The translations under genes and the position numbers were made by a program. The notes under the pieces are model-generated. The model did no database searches. It was not told where the DNA came from and saw nothing but the letters and a program-made list of their open reading frames with translations. From Alphaproteobacteria bacterium (GTDB taxonomy: Bacteria; Pseudomonadota; Alphaproteobacteria; GCA-2731375), in the NCBI GenBank assembly GCA_965225945.1, contig CBDDBZ010000033.1, forward strand, positions 247,533-311,532: a DNA stretch of 64,000 nucleotides, given 5' to 3'. Position 1 is the stretch's first letter. Every line of letters starts with the position of its first letter. Below are positions 43,896-54,416 of this stretch, piece by piece.

Positions 43896-44016
43896 TCTCA
43901 ATCCCTCCGCCGGTATGATCCGGATCAGGTTCATCGGGTTGGTCCAGGAACCCCGGCCGAAGAGCCGAGCCTTCTTGACCTCTCAGTCCCACGCACGCGA
44001 GACACCCCGTTGAGAT
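43896..44016 (-). promoter_or_regulatory. TPP riboswitch
   Basis: Minus strand reads GGGGTG...CTGAGA...ACCCGATGAACCTGATCCGGATCATACCGGCGGAGGGA, directly upstream of thiB. Confidence 0.93.
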
Positions 44017-44078
44017 GGCGCACAGTGTAGTCGCTTCGGACCGCTTTGGCCAACCCGTCGGCCACGACGCGAAGCGGC

Positions 44079-45095
44079 TCAGAATTCGAGGGGTATTTCT
44101 CGGTTCTCGGCCAGCGAGCGTTCCGCCGCGAGACAGACGATCACCGCCCGTCGCGCCGCCTCGCCCGTCACCAGGGGCCGGCGATCGCGAAAGCCCTCGA
44201 CCACCAGGCGCAGTTGGGTGTCGAGTTCGAACACCTCGCCCGAGATCTCGATGGGCCGGATCTCCGGCGCCGAGTCGCCCTTCCGCTTCACTTTCAGCTC
44301 GAAACTGGGCTCATAGGTGCGGTCCATGACGCCCGACCACCAGGTCCGCAAGGCGCCGTCCTCGCCGACGATCTCCAGCACGAAATGATTTTCGAAGCCG
44401 CCGAGACTCTGCGTCACCGAGGCTTGTAGCCCACCGGGGAAGCGGAGCCAGACGGCGACGTTGCCGATGAGCCCCCGATCCTCGGCCCTGCCTCGACCTC
44501 GGGCGAGGACGGCGATTGGATCGCCCGCCGCCGCGAAATACCAGAGCAGCAGGTCGAAAAAATGCACCGGCTCCTCCAGCAGCCAGGAGCCGACCTTGTC
44601 CGGCGCATGGCGCCAGCCCTCGGCGCCCGGACGGAAGGGAAAGCGGAAGAGGGAGAAATTGGCGAAGCGGGGCCGGCCGATCTCGCCGGCCTCGATGATT
44701 CGCTTGACGGCGCCCCATTGCGTCGACAGGCGCAGCTCGTGGCCGATGGTGAGGACGCGATCGTTGCGTGTCGCCGCCTGGATCAGACGATCGCACTCCT
44801 CGCGCGTGATGGCCATCGGCTTCTCCAGCAGCACATCCTTGCCCGCGTCCAAGGCGCCGGCGCCGATCTCGCCGTGGAGGTGGTTGGGGACGACGATGTC
44901 GATCGCCTCCAAGTTCGGATCACGGACCAGTTCACGCCAATCGTCCAGGATCGCGACGCCCGGATGCTCGGCGGCGGCCTGCCGCGCGCTCGCCTCGCCC
45001 CGACAGCAAATCGCCCCCAATTCCGCCCCGGCCCGCAGAATCGCGCGGGCGTGCAACCGTCCCCAGGCGCCGTAACCGATCAGTCCCATCCGCAT
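44079..45095 (-). CDS. Gfo/Idh/MocA family oxidoreductase
   Basis: GLIGYGAWG, VPNHLH, LLEKPMA. Confidence 0.9.
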   Translation of the reverse strand: MRMGLIGYGAWGRLHARAILRAGAELGAICCRGEASARQAAAEHPGVAILDDWRELVRDPNLEAIDIVVPNHLHGEIGAGALDAGKDVLLEKPMAITREECDRLIQAATRNDRVLTIGHELRLSTQWGAVKRIIEAGEIGRPRFANFSLFRFPFRPGAEGWRHAPDKVGSWLLEEPVHFFDLLLWYFAAAGDPIAVLARGRGRAEDRGLIGNVAVWLRFPGGLQASVTQSLGGFENHFVLEIVGEDGALRTWWSGVMDRTYEPSFELKVKRKGDSAPEIRPIEISGEVFELDTQLRLVVEGFRDRRPLVTGEAARRAVIVCLAAERSLAENREIPLEF

Positions 45096-45261
45096 GCCAA
45101 AGTCCCCGCCGATCAAACCGGCGGCGACGGTACGACGCCGTCGCCGGGCCGGCAATCGGCGGGCGGGCTGAGATCGGGCGGCCTTGACAGTGGGACGAAG
45201 CCCTTCGCAGAATCGACGCGCCATGGTGCCGGGACTTCCCGGGAGGGGGCGAGGTGGGAGC

Positions 45262-45849
45262 GTGAGCGAAGCGCCCGGGAAGGCGGAGTCCGGCGGGCGG
45301 GTGATCGCCGGGATCGAATGTCTGGAGGGGCTTGTCGGCCGCTACAATCGGGCGGCGCTCGGTCTCTTCAAGTGGCTGTCGATCACCGTCCTGGCGGTCA
45401 TGACCGGCATCGTCGTCTCCGGCGTCTTCTTCCGCTACGTCCTTAACGACGCGCTGCCCTGGTCGGAGGAGGTCGCCAAGGCCTTCATGGTCTGGTTGAC
45501 CTTCCTGGCGGCGCCGGTCGGGCTCGCCCGGGGCTCCCACGTCGCCATCGAGGCGCTGTCGAGCCGCCTCGGGGGCCGGCTCCGCCAGGCGCTGCTGGCG
45601 GGCATCTTCATGCTGATCATCTGGCTAATGGTGGTGTTCGTGGACGTGGGGATTTTCCTCACCTGGAACGCCCGGATTCAGCGCCATTCGACGGTCGATA
45701 TCTCGATTCTCTATGTCTACATGGCGATGCCCATCGGGTGTGCCGCCATGGGTTTGGTGGCGCTCGAGCAGTTGCTCGGCGCGATCAAGGGGGTCTTCGA
45801 TCCATCCCGGGTCAAGGAGCGTGAAGCCGACTTCCCTCTGACAGAATAG
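45262..45849 (+). CDS. dctQ: TRAP transporter small permease
   Basis: VFFRYV...WSEEVA, HVAI; four TM segments. Confidence 0.88.
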   Translation: MSEAPGKAESGGRVIAGIECLEGLVGRYNRAALGLFKWLSITVLAVMTGIVVSGVFFRYVLNDALPWSEEVAKAFMVWLTFLAAPVGLARGSHVAIEALSSRLGGRLRQALLAGIFMLIIWLMVVFVDVGIFLTWNARIQRHSTVDISILYVYMAMPIGCAAMGLVALEQLLGAIKGVFDPSRVKEREADFPLTE

Positions 45850-45883
45850 ACGGGAGGCAATAGGTGGGGCGCGGAGTGTCGTC

Positions 45884-47170
45884 ATGAGTTTGGTGTTCTT
45901 CTGGGTCTTTCTGGGCGCCATGGCGATCGGCGTGCCGATCGTCTTCGCCCTCGCGCTCGCACCACTGGTCGGCTTCATTCTGGCCGAAAAAACTATTTTC
46001 CTGAACATGATCGTGCAGCGGACCTTCGCCGGCATCAATCAGTTTCCGCTCCTCGCGATCCCCTTCTTCATCCTCGCCGGCGAGCTGATGAACCGAGGCG
46101 GCATCACCTTGAGACTCGTGAGCTTCGCCAATACCCTGGTCGGCCATCTGAGGGGGGGACTGGCGCACGTCAATATCGTGACCTCGATTCTCTTTGCCGG
46201 GATCAGCGGCTCGGCCGTGGCCGATACCTCGGCGGTCGGCTCGATCATGATCCCGGCGATGGAACGCGACGGCTACAGCCGCAAGTTCGCGGCCGCGGTG
46301 ACGGCGGCCTCCTCGGTGATCGGACCGATCATACCGCCCAGCATCATCATGGTGATCTACGCCTTCATGATGAACGTCTCGGTCGCCGGCCTGTTCGCCG
46401 CCGGCCTGGTCCCGGGGCTCATGGTCGGTTTCGCCCTGATGGCGGTGACGGCGATTATTTCCAAGCGGCGCGGCTACCCGAAAGCCGAACGGCGCGCGCC
46501 GCTCGGCGAGGTGGCCAGGTCGGCCAGGAGCGCGGCCCTGCCGCTGATGACGCCGGTGATCATCCTCGGCGGCATCATCGGCGGCGTCTTCACGCCGACC
46601 GAGGCGGCCTCGGTCGCCGCTTTCTATGCCCTGGTGCTCAGCCTCTTCGTGCTCAGGAGCTTGAAGCCGAACGAGCTGCCGGAGATCTTCATGAACGCGG
46701 CCATCGCGTCGGGCGCGATCCTGCTGGTGGTCGGCACAGCGACCGCCTTCGCCTGGATCGCCACGCTCTCGCAGCTTCCGATCAAGCTTACGACCCTGTT
46801 GTTCTCGATCAGCGACAATCCCTATGTTTTGCTGTTCCTGGTCAACGTCCTGCTGCTTTTCGTCGGCATGTTTCTCGACGCCGGCCCGGCGATCCTGATC
46901 CTCGGCCCGATCCTGGCGCCGACCATGGTCCAGCTCGGTATCCACCCCCTGCACTTCGCCATCGTCATGTGCGTCAATCTGACGGTCGGCCTGGCGACGC
47001 CGCCGATGGGGCTGATCCTGTTCGTCGCCTCCAGCCTGACGCGGCTCCGCGTCGAGGTCATCGCGCTCGAGATGCTGCCGTTCCTCGCCGTCGAGATCGG
47101 CGTCATCTTTCTCATCACCTATGTGCCGGCGGTCTCGATGACGGTGCCGAAGCTCTTGGGTTTCTATTAG
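45884..47170 (+). CDS. dctM: TRAP transporter large permease
   Basis: LAIPFFILAG, SGSAVAD, IIPPS, FTPTE, TPPMG. Confidence 0.93.
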   Translation: MSLVFFWVFLGAMAIGVPIVFALALAPLVGFILAEKTIFLNMIVQRTFAGINQFPLLAIPFFILAGELMNRGGITLRLVSFANTLVGHLRGGLAHVNIVTSILFAGISGSAVADTSAVGSIMIPAMERDGYSRKFAAAVTAASSVIGPIIPPSIIMVIYAFMMNVSVAGLFAAGLVPGLMVGFALMAVTAIISKRRGYPKAERRAPLGEVARSARSAALPLMTPVIILGGIIGGVFTPTEAASVAAFYALVLSLFVLRSLKPNELPEIFMNAAIASGAILLVVGTATAFAWIATLSQLPIKLTTLLFSISDNPYVLLFLVNVLLLFVGMFLDAGPAILILGPILAPTMVQLGIHPLHFAIVMCVNLTVGLATPPMGLILFVASSLTRLRVEVIALEMLPFLAVEIGVIFLITYVPAVSMTVPKLLGFY

Positions 47171-47246
47171 CGAAATCGGAAAATTGACCGCGTTTCCGAT
47201 TCTCGCGCATCATTCGCGGTCACCACGAAAGCCTAGGGAGGAGAGA

Positions 47247-48308
47247 ATGAGAGTTCCGAGAATGTCTTCACGATTGTTCCGCTGGGGTATTGCCTCGCTC
47301 GCGGCCGTCGCCATCGCCACGGGCGCCAGCGCGGCCGAGTTCACGATCAAGATCGGCCACATCGGCTCGACCACGGACGAGGACCACAAGGGCGCCTTGG
47401 TGTTTCAGGACTTCGTGCAGTCGCAGACCAACGGCCGGGTAAAGGTCGAGGTCTATCCGGGCGGCCAGCTCTGCGGCAACTTCCGCCAGTGTCTCGAGGC
47501 GGTGCAGATCGGCACCATCGAGATCACCGGCACCACGGTGGGCGGCGCCGCCAACATCCTGCCCGAGCTGCAAGTGACCGACCTGCCCTACATGTTCCCG
47601 AACGACCGGGTGGCGGAAAAGGTCATGCATAGCGCCTTCATGGGCAAGGTTCGCGCCGCGATGCTCAAGAAGACGGGCACCTTGCGTCTGATGGGCCTGA
47701 ACAACACCGGCGGTTGGCGCGATTTCTTCACGACGAAAAAGCAGATCCGCTCCCCGGCCGACCTGAAGGGCGTCAAGCTCAGGACGATCGAATCCGAGCT
47801 GCAGGTGGAGATGGTGAAGCTCTTGGGCGGTAGCCCGACGCCGATTCCCTGGCAGGAGCTTTACACCTCGCTGGCCACCGGCGTGGTCGTCGGCAACAAG
47901 AACGGCATCACCGACATCGTCAACATGAAGTTCCACGATTTCCTGCGCTTCGTCACGCTGGACCACCATGCCTACATGTACCTGTTCTGGTGGATGAACG
48001 ACGACGCGCTACAAAGCTATCCGAAGGACATACAGAAGGTGGTTCTGGATGGCTTCCATCACATGACCACCATGGCCAGCAACGATCCGAAGTACACCCA
48101 GTTGGCGGCCTATGAGGCCTTCCGCAAGGCGGGTGGCGTGGTTTATGTGCCGACGCCCGCGCAAAAGGCCCAGTTCGTCGAGATGGTGCAGCCACTCAAG
48201 AAGTGGTTCACGGACAAGTATGGCAACGAGTGGCTGGAGGCGCTCGAGGCCTCGATCGCCAAGGCGGAAACCGACATCGCGGCGGAAGACGCGGCCATCC
48301 TCAAGTAG
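47247..48308 (+). CDS. dctP: TRAP transporter substrate-binding protein
   Basis: Signal peptide, VYPGGQL, DLKGVKLR, ELYTSLATGVV. Confidence 0.9.
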   Translation: MRVPRMSSRLFRWGIASLAAVAIATGASAAEFTIKIGHIGSTTDEDHKGALVFQDFVQSQTNGRVKVEVYPGGQLCGNFRQCLEAVQIGTIEITGTTVGGAANILPELQVTDLPYMFPNDRVAEKVMHSAFMGKVRAAMLKKTGTLRLMGLNNTGGWRDFFTTKKQIRSPADLKGVKLRTIESELQVEMVKLLGGSPTPIPWQELYTSLATGVVVGNKNGITDIVNMKFHDFLRFVTLDHHAYMYLFWWMNDDALQSYPKDIQKVVLDGFHHMTTMASNDPKYTQLAAYEAFRKAGGVVYVPTPAQKAQFVEMVQPLKKWFTDKYGNEWLEALEASIAKAETDIAAEDAAILK

Positions 48309-48398
48309 CGGCCACGGAGGCGACGTCACGCGGGGCCGGCCGAGCGGTCGGCCCCGCGTGTCGATTTCGCGTGATGGCGTCGCGGGAGGGGCAGGCGG

Positions 48399-49178
48399 AT
48401 GCCCGATGGGCTCGCGGATCTGATCGGGCCGGCGGGCTATCCGGGGCTGGCGTTGGTGGTGGGCGCGGTGCTGCTCGGCGGCTTTCTGCGCGGCTTCGTC
48501 GGTTTCGGCGGGGCGATGGTGAACGTGCCGGTGCTGAGCCTGACGTACGGCCCGCTCGCGGGATTGGCGATATCCGCCCTGCTCTCCCTGCCGACGGTAT
48601 TGCAGTTGTTGCCGACCGCCGTTCGCTTCTCCGAGCGATCCCTGGTCTGGCCCATCGCGTTCGCCTGCTTCGCCGCCGCGCCGCTGGGCACCTGGATCCT
48701 GATCTCGTTCCGCCCGGAGGTGATGAAGATCGCCATCTCGGCAATCGTTCTCGTCATGGTGGGAATGCTGTGTCGGGGCTGGCGGCTGGCGCGCCGCCCC
48801 GGCATCGCGACGTTGTTGGGGGCCGGCGCCGTCGCCGGGTTGGTGCAAGGCACGGCGGGCGTGGGCGGCCCGCCGGTGGTCGCGGTCGCGCTGTCGCGCC
48901 CCGGCGCGGCGGAACGCACACGGGCCAACGTCCTCGGCGTGATGACCGCCCTCCCCCTCTCCTCGATACCGCCGCTCTGGTACCACGGCCTTTTCACGCT
49001 CGAGGTCGCGGCCGTCGCCCTGGCGCTCATCCCGCCACAGATCGGCGCCACTTGGCTCGGCGCCCGCGTGTTCTCCGATCACGGTCGTCGGCACTATCGA
49101 AACTTGGCCTTGCTCGCGCTGGCCGTCATCGGCCTCCTCACCCTGGTCTTCGCGATCCGGGATATCCTCCAGGGTTGA
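48399..49178 (+). CDS. TauE/SafE (TSUP) family exporter
   Basis: GFVGFGG and GVGGPP repeats; polytopic. Confidence 0.85.
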   Translation: MPDGLADLIGPAGYPGLALVVGAVLLGGFLRGFVGFGGAMVNVPVLSLTYGPLAGLAISALLSLPTVLQLLPTAVRFSERSLVWPIAFACFAAAPLGTWILISFRPEVMKIAISAIVLVMVGMLCRGWRLARRPGIATLLGAGAVAGLVQGTAGVGGPPVVAVALSRPGAAERTRANVLGVMTALPLSSIPPLWYHGLFTLEVAAVALALIPPQIGATWLGARVFSDHGRRHYRNLALLALAVIGLLTLVFAIRDILQG

Positions 49179-49261
49179 GCCTGACGGAGCGACCGGCTGG
49201 ACACGGCGACCCGGCCGGCGGCACATTGTGCCGTGGCTTTCGGCTGTCGGGAGGGATACCC

Positions 49262-50026
49262 ATGACCAACACCGCCGTCGTGACGGGCGCGGCCTCGGGC
49301 ATCGGGCTGGAGACATCGCGCGATCTCTTGGCGCGGGACTGGACGGTTTATGGCCTCGACGTGACGGAAGACGTCGTGCGCGAGGCGGGCGAGAGGCTGG
49401 CGAACAGCCGCTTCCACCCCATGGCCTGCGACGTGCGCTCGCCCGAGGCGGTCGCGGCGACGATGGCCGCGATCGGGGCGCAGGCGGGCGCGGTCAACGC
49501 GCTGATCTGCTGCGCCGGCATCCTGCGGGTCGGTTTGCTTTCGGAGATGTCGGTCGAGGACTACGACCTGATCTTCGACGTCAACACACGCGGCCTCTGG
49601 CTCTCGGCGCGGGAGGCGATGCCGTGGCTCGAGGCGGCGGCGGCCCGGGGCGAAGTGGCGCGAATCGTCTTCCTCTCCTCGATCGCGGCGCTGCGGCCGA
49701 CGATCGAGAGCGGCGCCTACTCGGCCTCCAAGTCGGCGGTGAGCCAATTGACCCGCGTGCTTGCGGCCGAATGCGCGGGCGCCGGCATCCTGGTCAACGC
49801 GATCGCCCCCGGCACGGTGGACACGCCCATGGTTCGCGAGCAGAGCGAAGCGGCCAAGGGGGGCGCCTGGCGGCCCTCGGGGCCCTCGCCGCTCGGCCGC
49901 ATCGCGCAACCCGACGACATCGCCCGCGTCGTCCGCTTTCTCCTCTCGGAGGAGGCGGCCTACGTCACCGGCACGACGATTCCCGTCGACGGCGGCACCC
50001 AGGCGGCCTTCGTGCCGCCGCCCTAG
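49262..50026 (+). CDS. SDR family oxidoreductase
   Basis: TGAASGIG, YSASK, NAIAPG, VDGG. Confidence 0.9.
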   Translation: MTNTAVVTGAASGIGLETSRDLLARDWTVYGLDVTEDVVREAGERLANSRFHPMACDVRSPEAVAATMAAIGAQAGAVNALICCAGILRVGLLSEMSVEDYDLIFDVNTRGLWLSAREAMPWLEAAAARGEVARIVFLSSIAALRPTIESGAYSASKSAVSQLTRVLAAECAGAGILVNAIAPGTVDTPMVREQSEAAKGGAWRPSGPSPLGRIAQPDDIARVVRFLLSEEAAYVTGTTIPVDGGTQAAFVPPP

Positions 50027-50108
50027 GGGGGGCGGCGATTGGTCCGCTTGTTGCCCGGTGGCATCCCGACTAGGCTCGCCGACGTTTCGAGGCAGCCCAG
50101 GTCGAGCC

Positions 50109-51710
50109 GTGCCAAAATACGACGTCATCATCATCGGCGCCGGCATATCCGGCATGTATCAGCTCCACCGCCTGCGCCAGCTCGGCCTCTCGGTCCGGGT
50201 CTTCGAGGCGGGGACGGGAGTCGGGGGGACCTGGTACTGGAACCGCTATCCGGGTGCCCGCTTCGATTCCGAAAGCTACAGCTACGGCTATTCCTTTTCC
50301 CCGGAAATCCTGGACGAGTGGGAGTGGAGCGAGCACTTCTCGGCCCAGCCGGAGACGCTGCGCTATTGCGAGTTCGTCGCCGACAAGCTGGACCTCCGCC
50401 CGGATATCCAGTTCGAGAGCCGGGTCCGGGCCGCGACCTACGACGAGGGCGAGAACGCTTGGGAGATCGCGCTGGAGGATGGCGCGCGGGCCCGGGCGCG
50501 CTTCCTCGTCACCGCCGTCGGGCCGCTCTCCGTGCCCACGATGCCGGCGATCGAGGGCCTCGAGAGCTTCCGGGGCGAGGCCTTCCACACGGGCCTCTGG
50601 CCGCACGAGGCGGTGGAATTCCGCAATAAGCGCGTCGCCATCATCGGCACCGGGGCGACCGGCGTGCAGGTGATCCAGGAGATCGCCAAGACCGTCGGCC
50701 ACCTGACCGTCTTCCAGCGCTCACCCGAGTTTTGCGCGCCGCTCGGCAACCGCCCGATCGATGCCGAGACTCAAGCCCGGATCAAGGCGAGCTACGACGA
50801 GATCTTCAAATTGTGCCGCGAATCCCATGGCTGCTTCATGCACAAGGCGGATCGGCGCAAGGCCCTGGAGGTCACGGCGGCGGAGCGCGAGGCGTTCTAC
50901 GAGAAGCTCTACGGCGAGCCCGGCTTCGGCATCTGGATGGGCAATTTCCGCGACATCCTGGTCGATCCCGAGGCCAACCGGACGATCACCGAATTTATGC
51001 ATCGCAAGATTCGCGAGCGGGTCGCGGACCGGCAAGTAGCGGAAAAGCTGATCCCGCGGGACCACGGCTTCGGCACCCGGCGGGTGCCGCTCGAGACCGA
51101 CTACTACGAGGTTTACAACCAGGCGAACGTCCACCTGGTCGATATCAACGAGGCGCCGATTGAGCGGATCACGCAGCGTGGCATTCGCACGGCCAAGGGC
51201 GACCACGACGTCGACATGATCATCTACGCGACCGGCTTCGACGCCATCACCGGGGCCTTCGACCGGATCGATATCCGGGGCCGGGACGGGCAATGCCTGC
51301 GGCAGAAATGGGCGGACGGACCCCGCACCTATCTCGGCCTGCAGACGGCGGGCTTCCCCAACATGTTGACCCTGGTGGGCCCGCACAACGCCGCGACCTT
51401 CTGCAACATCCCCCGCTGCATCGAGCAGAATGTCGATTGGGTCACCGAGCTGATCGACTACATGGCGCGGAACGACTACTCCCGCGTCGAGGCCAGCCTC
51501 GAAGCGGAGGACGAATGGACCGCGCATGTGCTGGAGCTGGGGGAGCGCATGCTCTTCACCAAGGTCGATTCCTGGTTCATGGGCATCAACTCCAACCTGG
51601 CGCACAAGAACAAGCGGACCTTCCTGCTTTATTCCGGCGGCGCGCCCGCTTACCGAGAGCGCTGCGAGGAGGCCGCCCGCAACGGCTACGAGGGTTTCCT
51701 GCTGAGCTGA
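50109..51710 (+). CDS. Baeyer-Villiger monooxygenase (type I)
   Basis: GAGISG, GGTWYWNRYPGARFD, FRGEAFHTGLWP fingerprint, GTGATG. Confidence 0.92.
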   Translation: MPKYDVIIIGAGISGMYQLHRLRQLGLSVRVFEAGTGVGGTWYWNRYPGARFDSESYSYGYSFSPEILDEWEWSEHFSAQPETLRYCEFVADKLDLRPDIQFESRVRAATYDEGENAWEIALEDGARARARFLVTAVGPLSVPTMPAIEGLESFRGEAFHTGLWPHEAVEFRNKRVAIIGTGATGVQVIQEIAKTVGHLTVFQRSPEFCAPLGNRPIDAETQARIKASYDEIFKLCRESHGCFMHKADRRKALEVTAAEREAFYEKLYGEPGFGIWMGNFRDILVDPEANRTITEFMHRKIRERVADRQVAEKLIPRDHGFGTRRVPLETDYYEVYNQANVHLVDINEAPIERITQRGIRTAKGDHDVDMIIYATGFDAITGAFDRIDIRGRDGQCLRQKWADGPRTYLGLQTAGFPNMLTLVGPHNAATFCNIPRCIEQNVDWVTELIDYMARNDYSRVEASLEAEDEWTAHVLELGERMLFTKVDSWFMGINSNLAHKNKRTFLLYSGGAPAYRERCEEAARNGYEGFLLS

Positions 51711-51736
51711 CGGCGGCGGGAAGAGGAGGCCCGGAC

Positions 51737-52645
51737 ATGACGATCACCCTATCGCCGCACCATCCGCTGTTCTTCGCCGAGCTCGAGGGCGTCGACCTGA
51801 CCCGCCCCATGACTCAGGCATCGTTCGCCGAGATCGAGGCGGCGTTCCACGAGCACGCGGTCCTGCTGTTCCGAGACCAGCCCCTCACCGATGCCCAGCA
51901 GGTGAGCTTCAGCGAATTCTTCGGTCCCCTCTTCAAGGTGACGAACTACGCTTGGCGCAACGAGACGCCCAGAATTCGCCTCGACGTCACCGATATCTCC
52001 AACATCGACCACGAAGGCCGCCTGCTGGCCGAGGACGATCAACGCCGGCTCAACTATCAGGGCAATTTGGTTTGGCACACCGACAACAGCTTCAAGCAGG
52101 TGCCGGCGCGCTGCTCGCTGCTCTCGGCGCGGGAAATACCGCTGAACGGCGGCGATACCGAGTTCGCCGACATGCGCGCCGCTTATGACGCGCTTCCCGA
52201 GACCCGCGCCCGAGAGATCGACGGACTCATTGTCGAGCACAGCATCTTTTATTCCCGCGCGCGGCTGGGCTTCACCGATTTTTCCGAGACCGCGCGGGCG
52301 GAACTGCCGCCGGTGAACCAAGTCCTGGTGCGCGAACACCCCGGCACGGCACGAAAGGCGCTCTACCTCGCCTCGCACGCCGCCCACGTGGTCGGCTGGC
52401 CGGAAGAAAAGGGACGGCGGCTCCTGGACGAGCTGATCGCGTTTGCGACCCGGCCCGAGTTCGTCCACCGCCACCTTTGGCGGGAGGGCGACCTGATCGT
52501 CTGGGACAACCGCTGCACCATGCACCGCGCGCTGCCCTACGCGGAGATGACCGAGCGCCGGGTGCTGCATCGGACCACGGTGTCCGACGAGATCAACACG
52601 GTCGAGCGCGCGCGCCTCGCGCTCGATACGGCGGCGGCGTCCTGA
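51737..52645 (+). CDS. TauD/TfdA family 2-oxoglutarate/Fe(II) dioxygenase
   Basis: WHTD, GGDTEFADM, WDNRCTMH. Confidence 0.92.
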   Translation: MTITLSPHHPLFFAELEGVDLTRPMTQASFAEIEAAFHEHAVLLFRDQPLTDAQQVSFSEFFGPLFKVTNYAWRNETPRIRLDVTDISNIDHEGRLLAEDDQRRLNYQGNLVWHTDNSFKQVPARCSLLSAREIPLNGGDTEFADMRAAYDALPETRAREIDGLIVEHSIFYSRARLGFTDFSETARAELPPVNQVLVREHPGTARKALYLASHAAHVVGWPEEKGRRLLDELIAFATRPEFVHRHLWREGDLIVWDNRCTMHRALPYAEMTERRVLHRTTVSDEINTVERARLALDTAAAS

Positions 52646-52877
52646 GTGGTGACCATCGGGCCGCGAAGTGGACGGGGCACCACCGCGGATCGCCGCGCCA
52701 CTGCTGGCCCGCGCGCTTGCGCAAAAAGGGGTCATTCTACTTCCTGATTACGCACTTTACTCAGCCGGATTGATGTGGTACAAATCGTGAATATTTGTAA
52801 CTACCCAGGTCTGATTGGCCCGAGCGTTTGTATGTGAGGGATCGTGGGGGTCCGGGCTGGTAGCGGTGCCGGTGTTC

Positions 52878-54416
52878 TCAGAGGCGCAGTTGGGGGATTA
52901 GTTGCATCGGATCGGGATGCACCAGGGTCTGGAGGACGTTCCAGCCTTGCTTTCGGGCGGTGGCGATGACGGCACGCATTCTGGCGAAGTTGTAGGCACC
53001 CCTCTCGGAGCGGAAGCCACCGGAGATCTTCTGGCGCAGCTTGGCCATTCGGAGGTCACGTTCGGCCTCATTGTTCGTAAACGGCGTGCGCGGGTCGGTG
53101 AGGAATCGCAGGCATCCCTCCTTGTGCTTGCGGAGGCGGAGCGCGAGGTTATGACCGATGCGGCGTTTCTTTCGTCCGCGCTTGCCGGTCCGGAGCGGCG
53201 GCTGCGCCTCGTGGAAGGCGATGGCGTGGTCGAGGATGCGGGCCCAGGCCCGCGAGATCCGGGCCACCAGGGAGGCGGGCACGTCGCGGCCGTTCTCACG
53301 GGAGAAGCGGGTAGCCCTGTGTGCGCGCTCAAGGAGGCGGTGCATGCTCTTTGCCCAGTCTTCCTTCTCGATGTCGATCAGGGCCTGGAGTTCGCGCAGG
53401 TGATGGGCGTTGCAGGCGCCGTGGCGCACGCCCTTGAGGGTGAAGTAGGCGGCGTAATCGTCATGGATGAGGATGCCTTCGAGGTCCTTTTCGACATCGC
53501 CGCGTCCCGCGCCGATGCGCAGGACGGTCAGGAATGGGGTGCACAGCACGTGGAGCCAGCGGGTACGGGCGGCGATCCGCAGGCCGGTTTCGTCGAGGTG
53601 CTTGACCGGGACCGCTGTGCGGATCACGTCTGCGACATGGGCGAGGAAGGGCTCGAAGCGCCTGGCGATTCGCCGGCCCATGGCGGTGATCGTGGCTGTG
53701 GAGATGGACACTGCGAAGAGGTCGCTCATGAGTTCGGCCAAGCGCTTCTCGGGAACGAACTGGGCGTACAGCAGGTAGCTCACCCAGGCGGTGATGCGTG
53801 GCCCGTACTGGACCGGGGCGGTCACGCCGTCCGGGAAGACGGCTCCTGTCACGGTGGCGCAGGCGCCGCAGAGGCAGCGATGGGCGCGGTGTTCGGTGAC
53901 CTCCAGGGGGCGTGGCTCGGGCACATCGAAGACCTGTCGACAGACGGGCGCGCGGTGACGGTCGGCGTCCGACAGCGGTGCGCCGCAGCCCGAACAGGCG
54001 GAGGGGTCATGATCCACAACATGGTCCGGGCTCTCGGTCCGCGCCAGCGTCGTTCCCTTGTGGCCCGGCTGGCCGCCGCTTGGCCTGCCGGACTTGCCGC
54101 GCTGGCTTCGGGTGCGCCTCTGGGTTCCGCTCTTCTTGCGCAGGCCGTCGCTGGCGGGCGGCTTGCTGCTGGTGGTGCTGTCAAGCGCCGCGCTCCGCTC
54201 GAGCTCGGCGATGCGGTCCCGCAGGGTCGCGTTCTCCCGCTCGAGCGCGGCATTCTCCCGGACGAGCGCCGTGGCCAGGCGCAACAGCCCCTGGCCCCAT
54301 TCCCGGAAGGCCTTGACGACTGTGATTGCGAAGGATGAGGGGTCAAGAAGATCTTGCAGGCACGCGAAGGCCTTGTCATGGGCGGCGAGGTCCTCGTGCC
54401 AGCGCGACAGCGTCAC
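52878..54416 (-). CDS. tnpC: IS66 transposase
   Basis: SSKPPASD, GGQPGHKG, Zn ribbon, HLDETG, CNAHHLREL, TNNEAERDLR. Confidence 0.92.
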   Translation of the reverse strand: MTLSRWHEDLAAHDKAFACLQDLLDPSSFAITVVKAFREWGQGLLRLATALVRENAALERENATLRDRIAELERSAALDSTTSSKPPASDGLRKKSGTQRRTRSQRGKSGRPSGGQPGHKGTTLARTESPDHVVDHDPSACSGCGAPLSDADRHRAPVCRQVFDVPEPRPLEVTEHRAHRCLCGACATVTGAVFPDGVTAPVQYGPRITAWVSYLLYAQFVPEKRLAELMSDLFAVSISTATITAMGRRIARRFEPFLAHVADVIRTAVPVKHLDETGLRIAARTRWLHVLCTPFLTVLRIGAGRGDVEKDLEGILIHDDYAAYFTLKGVRHGACNAHHLRELQALIDIEKEDWAKSMHRLLERAHRATRFSRENGRDVPASLVARISRAWARILDHAIAFHEAQPPLRTGKRGRKKRRIGHNLALRLRKHKEGCLRFLTDPRTPFTNNEAERDLRMAKLRQKISGGFRSERGAYNFARMRAVIATARKQGWNVLQTLVHPDPMQLIPQLRL

